A stretch of DNA of 64,000 nt from Ilyomonas sp. (GTDB lineage: Bacteria > Bacteroidota > Bacteroidia > Chitinophagales > Chitinophagaceae). The stretch's first letter is position 1. Each line of letters starts with the position of its first letter. Both the position numbers and the translations under genes were made by a program. Below the pieces are notes generated by a model. The model was not told where the DNA came from. It worked only from the letters and a program-made list of their open reading frames with translations, and did no database searches. The stretch covers positions 838,320 through 902,319 of the forward strand of contig CBDCBH010000002.1 of assembly GCA_965214235.1 (NCBI GenBank). Direction: 5' to 3'. Shown piece by piece: positions 49,583-56,297 of the stretch.

Positions 49583-50692
49583 ATGCTATTTAAAGAATTT
49601 ACGAATTTCAACCATAAATTTCCTGACCCTCAATATTTGGGAGCGAAACATACCCATTTAGCATGGATAAAAAAACATATACCGGACAACATCCAAATTG
49701 CTTTAGATGCATTTGCTGGCTCACAATCTGTAAGCTTTCTGCTTAAGCAAATGGGACTGAAAGTTATAGCTAACGACTTTTTAAATTTCAATCATCAAAT
49801 CGGTCTCGGGCTTATTGAAAATAATAACACCAAGCTGGATAAGAAGGACATTGAAATTCTTTTACAGAATAATCAATCACGACCAGATTTTAAATTATTC
49901 GAAGAAACTTATACCGATGTTTTCTTTGAGAAGTCCGAAGCTGCTTTCCTTGACAATTTTCGAGCAAATATTTCTCTACTTGAAAATCCATACAAACAAG
50001 CTTTGGCTTTTACAATCATTAATCGAAGCATGACCCGTAAAGTGACTATGGGTCATTTTGATCATACACAGGCATTACGCTATGCCAATGACCCAGAGCG
50101 AATTAAGCGAAATCGAAGTTTAGTCAGACCCTTGCAGGAGATATTTCTTGAGCTTGTGCCGAAATATAATATTGCTGTGTTTGATAATGAACAATCAAAT
50201 GAAAGTCATAATCAAAATATTCTTGAATTATTACCAAATCTCAAAAATATAGACTTAGCCTATTTTGACCCGCCATATTGCGACAGCCACGCAGATTATC
50301 AGAGTTTTTACCACCTCTTAGAAACTTTTACAGAGTATTGGAAAGACAAAGAATTTATTAATGGAATTAAGAGATATGAACCGCAACGATTTAGTGGTTT
50401 CGACAAGAAAAGGGATGCGATGAGATCTTTTGAAAGCCTTTTTGAAATGGCTGAAGAAATCCCTCACTGGTTAATAAGCTATAATGACAGAAGTTATCCA
50501 TCAACGGACGATTTATTCGAAATTATTTCTAAATACAAAGATGTTTCCGTTGAGCATAAGACATATAGCAACGGACGTGGTGGAAAAGGTAGTGTTGCAG
50601 GCAGCAAAGAAGTTTTATTTGTTTGCAAACCAAAGAAGAAGCATTTTACAAATTCAACTAAACAAGCCGCCGCAATAAATGAAAGACTTTAA
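49583..50692 (+). CDS. Dam-like (D12 class, alpha-type) N6-adenine DNA methyltransferase
   Basis: An N-terminal YLGAK motif (the counterpart of the Dam-family GGK motif), the SAM motif DAFAGSQS and the catalytic YFDPPY, in the order FxGxG then DPPY. Confidence 0.85.
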   Translation: MLFKEFTNFNHKFPDPQYLGAKHTHLAWIKKHIPDNIQIALDAFAGSQSVSFLLKQMGLKVIANDFLNFNHQIGLGLIENNNTKLDKKDIEILLQNNQSRPDFKLFEETYTDVFFEKSEAAFLDNFRANISLLENPYKQALAFTIINRSMTRKVTMGHFDHTQALRYANDPERIKRNRSLVRPLQEIFLELVPKYNIAVFDNEQSNESHNQNILELLPNLKNIDLAYFDPPYCDSHADYQSFYHLLETFTEYWKDKEFINGIKRYEPQRFSGFDKKRDAMRSFESLFEMAEEIPHWLISYNDRSYPSTDDLFEIISKYKDVSVEHKTYSNGRGGKGSVAGSKEVLFVCKPKKKHFTNSTKQAAAINERL

Positions 50693-50793
50693 CTACTGGA
50701 AAACACAACATGAAAAAGAAAACCTTGTAGAATTCAACTCCGACCTTTCGGGGTTGCTTTGGTTAAAAAACTAAATCCATCTTTCGCAAAGAA

Positions 50794-51792
50794 TTGCTAT
50801 TTGAATTTTTAGAAAAAAACAATATCCAGCTAAAAGAAACAACATTAACCAAGCAGTTTGTTGAGTTATTTAATGCTTTATCCAATGATTTAGCAGGTTC
50901 ACATGAAATCTTAGATGCTTACATCAGGGAGAAAAATAAATTGCAAGTTGTTGCACTCGACAAGGAACAATTAGTTTCAGAACTTTATAAGCTTAAGTAT
51001 TTTGACTGGGGTGATTATCAAAACGATTTGAATAAGCTTTTGGTTGGCAGATATGTAAAGGTTTACAAGTCTTATGATGAATTGCTTTCTAAGTTTGAAA
51101 CTGAAATTCATCCATTAGTTCAAGCTTACGTTTTAAATAGCTGGTACAACCATTGGTCAAGCATTTTAATTGAGCACATATTTAAGGCACATAATAAAGT
51201 TTTACCTACAGTAGGACAGGTTAAAAGTGTCGACTTTTTTTTAAATGATATTCCATTTGATTTAAAAGTTACTTACTTGCCTTTAGAGTACATTAAAGAA
51301 AAAAGAACCGAAAAGGGTTATCCTGTGGAATTGACATTTTTGAAAGCAAAAGCAAAAGAAGCAAATATTTACTTTGATAAAAATGCTAAACCTAATGATA
51401 TAGCTTACGAGATTGTTGAAAAAATGAAGGACAAAGGAGATGAATTATGTTTAGGTGTTCTTCAAAAAATCAAAGATGAAAAACTTGGGATATTAAAAGA
51501 AGCACAAGCTGACCCCAAAATTTTAGCAAAGTGGCTTTATGAAAATCAAAGTGCTCCACGGTTTGGTTCAGAGAACAGGTTGTATTTGGTCTTGGTTGAT
51601 ACATCTGATTTTAGTAATTCATGGAAATTGAAAAGAGATTTGGTTTTATTGGAGCCAACAATAAATGTTTACCTTGACGACTTCGAATATGATTTGCAAA
51701 ATGCACAGAACTTGGCGGTAACTTATAACTTCCCAAAGAATTCTGCAAATAGTTATACTTCGCTTACTGACATTCTTTTTGTTGTTAAGTAA
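50794..51792 (+). CDS. candidate type II restriction endonuclease (PD-(D/E)XK-like), possibly frameshifted
   Basis: It sits immediately downstream of the methyltransferase. A putative nuclease motif SVDFFLNDIPFDLK (D-x8-D-x-K) is present. The only start in this frame is a TTG, and a 32-codon ATG-initiated ORF (50679-50774) joins it through an A6 run. Confidence 0.5.
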   Translation: MLFEFLEKNNIQLKETTLTKQFVELFNALSNDLAGSHEILDAYIREKNKLQVVALDKEQLVSELYKLKYFDWGDYQNDLNKLLVGRYVKVYKSYDELLSKFETEIHPLVQAYVLNSWYNHWSSILIEHIFKAHNKVLPTVGQVKSVDFFLNDIPFDLKVTYLPLEYIKEKRTEKGYPVELTFLKAKAKEANIYFDKNAKPNDIAYEIVEKMKDKGDELCLGVLQKIKDEKLGILKEAQADPKILAKWLYENQSAPRFGSENRLYLVLVDTSDFSNSWKLKRDLVLLEPTINVYLDDFEYDLQNAQNLAVTYNFPKNSANSYTSLTDILFVVK

Positions 51793-51811
51793 GCCAACAC
51801 ACAAAAGCACA

Positions 51812-51860
51812 CACATTTGCAAGCACACAAGGCACGACACGAAGCCAACATGCAAAAGAG
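51812..51860 (+). repeat. island repeat family 2 (CA-rich leader), copy E
   Basis: It aligns with 48608-48660 and lies 111 nt upstream of the exonuclease ATG. Confidence 0.6.
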
Positions 51861-51971
51861 TGTGCTTTTTTCCTACGCTTCTGGACACACCCAACTTCGG
51901 TCGACACATACTTTAGGTTGACACACCCGAATGAAGGCCGTACGTACAACAAAAGTATTGCTGCAATTTTT

Positions 51972-52946
51972 ATGCGAACTTTACCTGACAATATAGTAGT
52001 AGAAACAAGAAAGACAGTTTTTTTGAAAGACTGCGATAACTTCGATGACATTTGTTTTACATTCTCACTTTGTCCGAGTTGTAGAAATCAAAAAATAGGA
52101 CTGACTTTACTTCCGATTGCAAATAAAGAATTACTTCCCTTAAGTGTTTTACAAGAAACACAACAACTCATCTTAGAGAGGATTCTTGATGCTGATATTG
52201 ATTTTCTGCACGAAAAAAGTTACTGTGATTGCAGCAACCATGACATTTTAGAATTGAAAACAGTAGTTTATTGTTATAATGACGACAAAACAGATTTTCA
52301 GAATTATATAGATTATCCTTTCGATGAAGTAAAAACTTACGAGATTAGTTTAATTGGGTCTGACAAAAAGCAAAATTTTCTCTTCATAGATACAGAAACA
52401 ACAGGATTACCTAAAGTAAGGAAAGCTTCATACAAAGACACAACAAATTGGCCACGACTCGTACAAGTGGCTTGGATACTTTCAGATGAGAATTTTAATA
52501 TAATAAGTAAAAATTCTTTCATTATCAAGCCTACCTTCATTATTCCTTTTGAAGCATCTCTTGTTCATAAGATTACAACTGACAAAGCCTTGAATTTAGG
52601 TAGTCCAATAGAAAGTGTATTGCAGTTATTGCAAAATGAAATAAATGATTGTAGCAACATTGTCGCACATAATCTGCAATTTGATTTAAATGTTATTGCT
52701 TGCGAATTATATAGAGCAGGAATAAATTCTGACATACTCGATAAGAAACACATTTGCACGATGGAGGAGACAACTAACTATTGTGCCATTACAGGCAAAT
52801 ATGGGTTTAACTGGCCTAAGCTTTCCGAACTGCATCGGAAACTTTTTAATTATGATTTTGAAGAAGCTCATAATGCTTCAGTTGATATTGACGCTACCTT
52901 CAAATGTTTCAAAGAACTTGCTACAAAAAATATAATAAAAATTTAG
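51972..52946 (+). CDS. DEDDh 3'-5' exonuclease with an uncharacterised Cys-rich N-terminal domain
   Basis: The C-terminal half has ExoI FIDTETTG, ExoII VAHNLQFDLNV and ExoIII HNASVDIDAT. The N-terminal roughly 150 aa have C-x6-C-x6-C-x2-C and CDCSNH patterns and no family I recognise. I prefer the ATG at 51972 over the TTG at 51918. Confidence 0.8.
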   Translation: MRTLPDNIVVETRKTVFLKDCDNFDDICFTFSLCPSCRNQKIGLTLLPIANKELLPLSVLQETQQLILERILDADIDFLHEKSYCDCSNHDILELKTVVYCYNDDKTDFQNYIDYPFDEVKTYEISLIGSDKKQNFLFIDTETTGLPKVRKASYKDTTNWPRLVQVAWILSDENFNIISKNSFIIKPTFIIPFEASLVHKITTDKALNLGSPIESVLQLLQNEINDCSNIVAHNLQFDLNVIACELYRAGINSDILDKKHICTMEETTNYCAITGKYGFNWPKLSELHRKLFNYDFEEAHNASVDIDATFKCFKELATKNIIKI

Positions 52947-52965
52947 ACTTCTTACACCTTAAAAT

Positions 52966-53595
52966 ATGGAAGAAAAACAAAGGTTCATTTTTGACGCATT
53001 GATGTCACTACCATCATATAAAAACTTTGAGTTTTTAAGTGAAGGTGAAAAGATTACCCTTCGCAGCTTCAAACAAGGGTTTTTAAAGACTGAAGAAACA
53101 GTAATTAATATTTCCAAGCCGCAATCTAAGCCATCGGATTTAGCATTGGTGAGAGCAAAATTTAAGGATGAGGTTGTTGTAGAAAAGATTGATAAGAACT
53201 TTTTATACGTTATGCTTCGAGAAGTATCAGTAATCAATCAGGAGCATTTCGTTCAAATTATGATTGAGCTGAATGCTGAAAATAATCGAGTAATAAATTT
53301 TTCTGACTTTGCAATACATGCTTTCTTCACTCACATCTACAAATCCTTTCCAAATCTTAAAAACTCACTCAAAATTCAATCTTTAGGAGATAAAAACGAG
53401 GAGTTGGCTTTCATAATTGAGAATGGTTTCCAAGATGAAAATTTTCAAAGATTTTTTGAGTATGGCATTAAGTTGAAAGCTGCTTTGAGAACTTGCAGGA
53501 ATAATAAAATTGAAAAACTTGTATTTTTTGACACCCCAAATAACACTTATCAGGACTTCACGATAGAAGAACTTGAAGAAATGACTACACGATAA
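52966..53595 (+). CDS. hypothetical protein, no recognisable domain
   Basis: A 209-aa ORF with an ATG start, 19 nt after the exonuclease stop on the same strand. It has the AT-rich island composition. Confidence 0.6.
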   Translation: MEEKQRFIFDALMSLPSYKNFEFLSEGEKITLRSFKQGFLKTEETVINISKPQSKPSDLALVRAKFKDEVVVEKIDKNFLYVMLREVSVINQEHFVQIMIELNAENNRVINFSDFAIHAFFTHIYKSFPNLKNSLKIQSLGDKNEELAFIIENGFQDENFQRFFEYGIKLKAALRTCRNNKIEKLVFFDTPNNTYQDFTIEELEEMTTR

Positions 53596-53662
53596 ACCAT
53601 GAACAGTTAAAACTGCCTGCAACATGAACTGTGTAAAAAGCCAAGAAAAATGAATACAATTT

Positions 53663-54643
53663 TTAAGGTTTAGCTGAACAATAGTTAGGTTGGTACAGAG
53701 TATTGTTTTTAACGACGGCAAATACCTGTTTCAACACTTTGTTGCAAACTGCAATCAGAGCCAGCTTTCCACTCTTTCCTTTTTCGCGTAAGCGTTTATA
53801 CAAAGCTTTGCAGGCTATGTTATTGCGGATGGCATTCATGGCACACAGGTACAGCACATCCCGGATTTGTTTACCGCCCTGCCGGCATATTGTTGGTCGG
53901 CTGTTAATAGATGTTCCGCTGCTTTTTTCTACCGGGCTCAAGCCTGAAAAACTAATTAACTGCCGGTAGTTGCCGGTGTATTTAAAGCCTTGTGTATAGA
54001 CGATCAGCAGGGCGGTAGCCCGCTTGCCTATGCTCATAATGCTGCTGATGTTTTTTACCTGCTGTGGCTGCCATTGCACCAGTATTTCCTGTAGCTTTTT
54101 CTCTAACTTTTCTGTCTCGCCTTCAAACTGCGCTATCATTTTCTCAAGCGATTTTACTACGTCTTTGTTTTGTACGGGCAGCTTTTCGAGGCTGTGTACC
54201 TGGTTGGTAAATAGCTTGATCTGTTCGCTGTAGGTGCGTATGGCATTGTATAATTGCTTGCACTGAAAGTAAAGCGGGTGGGGCATTTCCCACAGTTCCG
54301 GCTGCTGATCAGCAGCATATTTACAGATCCATTTCGCATCCTTTTTATTATTTTTGTTTCGTTCCAGGTGCATCTGTATATAGCGCTTAATGGTAAGGGC
54401 GTTGACCACACTAATGGCACATTGTAAGTGGTGCAGAAAAAAAGCCAGATTCATATAATAGACACCTGTTGCCTCCATTACGAAGTGATATTGCAAACCC
54501 GTGTGCCGGATGATTTCGTCAAATCCTTTGCGGCTGTTCGGCACTTTGATGTAAAACAATTCGCCCAGGTTGTTCTGGTAACTGACGTCTAATGTGTTTT
54601 GTGATACATCGATGCCACAGCATAACTTTTTAGTGTTTGTCAT
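53663..54643 (-). CDS. IS110-family DEDD transposase/recombinase
   Basis: An N-terminal DEDD domain (CCGIDVSQ, FVMEATGVYY, NKKDAKW) and a C-terminal Transposase_20-like domain (SFSGLSPVEKSSGTS). Confidence 0.9.
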   Translation of the reverse strand: MTNTKKLCCGIDVSQNTLDVSYQNNLGELFYIKVPNSRKGFDEIIRHTGLQYHFVMEATGVYYMNLAFFLHHLQCAISVVNALTIKRYIQMHLERNKNNKKDAKWICKYAADQQPELWEMPHPLYFQCKQLYNAIRTYSEQIKLFTNQVHSLEKLPVQNKDVVKSLEKMIAQFEGETEKLEKKLQEILVQWQPQQVKNISSIMSIGKRATALLIVYTQGFKYTGNYRQLISFSGLSPVEKSSGTSINSRPTICRQGGKQIRDVLYLCAMNAIRNNIACKALYKRLREKGKSGKLALIAVCNKVLKQVFAVVKNNTLYQPNYCSAKP

Positions 54644-54907
54644 TTGCTTGTTTGTTTGGAGGTGAATGAATATTTTTAGGCTGTTATCACAAGAACAATC
54701 TTACGCGGTGCTTTCTATCCTAATGCAGGCTTACCGTTGGTGGGTAGCCTCGTGAACTGTTCAGCATCTGGTAAGAAAAAAGGTGGGGATGATCATGTTG
54801 TAAAGGCTTACAATGCCTATGCGGTTTTGCCATCTTACTCCACCTTTTGTTCCTTTGTGTTATTCTGTTGACCAAGCTAACTTATTGAAAAAATGTAAAC
54901 ATAGGAT
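54644..54907 (-). ncRNA. candidate IS110 bridge (guide) RNA region in the 5' non-coding end
   Basis: About 264 nt of non-coding sequence lie upstream of the recombinase inside the element. It contains near-copies of both element/flank junctions: tgaactgt at 54753-60 versus the junction at 53625-32, and atgcggttt at 54819-27 versus the junction at 54906-14. Confidence 0.35.
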
Positions 54908-55247
54908 GCGGTTTGGCATTATGGCGGGGCGACGAATCAACTTTCAGCATCAGTACATTTATTATCTTTTGTTCAAGCCGATATTTTGCTGTTAATCATT
55001 AGTTCTTATCTTCAACTTCAGTTTTTCAATCGGCTGCAGTTCCGGGCTGGACGTTATAAAATTTCCTGCCATCGCCAAGCCTCGCACCGTTACCTGCAAG
55101 CTTTTGACAAGTCAAAGTTTGTCGCTTTGTTTTTGCTTCATTTTCAGGTTGACAAGTGCTGAGTGGCAACGTTTGTTTTTGCGCCACTTTTGTTTTTGCA
55201 TCACTCGCTGGCTTGCTCATGCTGACCAACTAAAGCAGCAGGTAACA
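54908..55247 (+). repeat. island repeat family 1, copy C (interrupted by IS110, truncated at 55247)
   Basis: It is colinear with 47366-47704 through shared blocks: ggtttggca, catcagta, ttatcttttg, agttccgg, cgccaagcc, cgttacctgcaagc and tttgac-aa-gtcaaa (55103-55116). Confidence 0.7.
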
Positions 55248-55527
55248 TGATCTGTATAAAAAATACAACTCCAGGCATCAAAAGTGTTATAAAAACAAAC
55301 GGTGTTTCCACGTCAGCGTGTCAGTTAAATTCTTATCTTTCCTCCCTGTTCGCAAATAAACTGCTAAAAAAAAGTGTATTTATTTCATTACGTTTATCTG
55401 CACGGCCTGGCTGCTTTTGTTTCAAACCTATAACGGGTATGAGATAGTTATAAATGGTTTGATTACCTGAAACAAAGATTTTGCTGCGCCTACCAAAAAG
55501 GCAGAATTACCAATTAAAACATCTACT

Positions 55528-55947
55528 ATGAAACGACTTATTACATGCCTCCTCTTAACCTGCATTGCTGCCAGCATTGATGCACAAAGCACAGAAAAAG
55601 AAAAAGTAGTGAAGGCTTATTATTCAGGTTTTGAAAGTAAGGACTGGAACGCGGTAGCAGCCCAGTTTGCTGACGGCTTCACTTTTACCAGTCCCAACAA
55701 CGATGACCATATTTCGGTAGAAAAATTCAAAGAGAAATGCTGGCCGACGGCTAAATATTTTAAAAAGGTTGATTATATTAAAATGGCTGAAAACGGAGAT
55801 GACCTGATGCTGCTGGTTCAGATTACTACAGTTGATGATAAAGTGGTCCGCAACGTTGATGTGTATAGCTTTAACGGAACAGGGAAAATCAAATCCATTG
55901 AAGTGTTTTTTGGGGCTGGTACAAAATATCCGGGCAATAAAGAATAA
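55528..55947 (+). CDS. secreted NTF2-fold (SnoaL-like) protein
   Basis: A signal peptide followed by a SnoaL-like start (VVKAYYSGFESKDWNAVAAQFADGFTFTSP). Confidence 0.75.
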   Translation: MKRLITCLLLTCIAASIDAQSTEKEKVVKAYYSGFESKDWNAVAAQFADGFTFTSPNNDDHISVEKFKEKCWPTAKYFKKVDYIKMAENGDDLMLLVQITTVDDKVVRNVDVYSFNGTGKIKSIEVFFGAGTKYPGNKE

Positions 55948-56297
55948 AAAATCTCCTTCGCCATTATTGGTCAAAAACAACAGCAAAAGTGGAAGGCATT
56001 TTAGTAGTGACTCAGTTTTAAAATTCAGCCTTTCGTCATTCCGCAAGACTTGTCTCGACTTGTTGGGATGTCATCAACACAAGTATGAAGTTATAATCAA
56101 CCCAGCGATGGCTTTGTGCGGAATCTGCTCTGCCATTGTAAAGATATTGGCAAATGTTTGCCTGTCCCTTTACTCAACTACGTTCATCCTGTTCTCATCA
56201 GATTCCTCGCAAAGCCGCCAGCAAGAACGATTATAGTGCAAAAACAAACGGCGAATGTTTTCATTTACATTTGCACTCATTTTTTGCAATTGTATTT

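Larger units (their letters stand above)
53626..54907 (-). mobile_element. IS110-family insertion sequence
   Basis: Boundaries were inferred from an uninterrupted paralogous site. 47348-47376 reads aaaactgcctgcaacat-aa-ggtttggca, whereas here aaaactgcctgcaacat (53609-25) and ggtttggca (54910-18) are about 1.28 kb apart. Confidence 0.7.

Noticed and set aside
50679-50774. 32-codon ORF between the methyltransferase and nuclease genes as an independent controller (C) protein
   Set aside because: It is too short and has no helix-turn-helix pattern. It joins the downstream nuclease frame by a single-nucleotide change in an A6 run, so I interpret it as the detached N-terminus of that gene.
44971-55247. 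The island as a prophage or integrative conjugative element
   Set aside because: It has no integrase, capsid, terminase, relaxase or type IV secretion genes and no flanking tRNA. Only IS transposases are present.
55247-55447. 66-aa ORF at the right island boundary
   Set aside because: It starts inside the end of repeat copy C, has no motif and has atypical composition. It is probably non-coding junction DNA.
56154-56297. N-terminal 48-codon extension of valS in the ORF track
   Set aside because: The extension is not ValS-like. MELSKHYTPSATEDKWYQHW at 56298 is a typical ValS N-terminus, and a TAnnTTTG-like box (tacatttg, 56264-71) lies within the extension.
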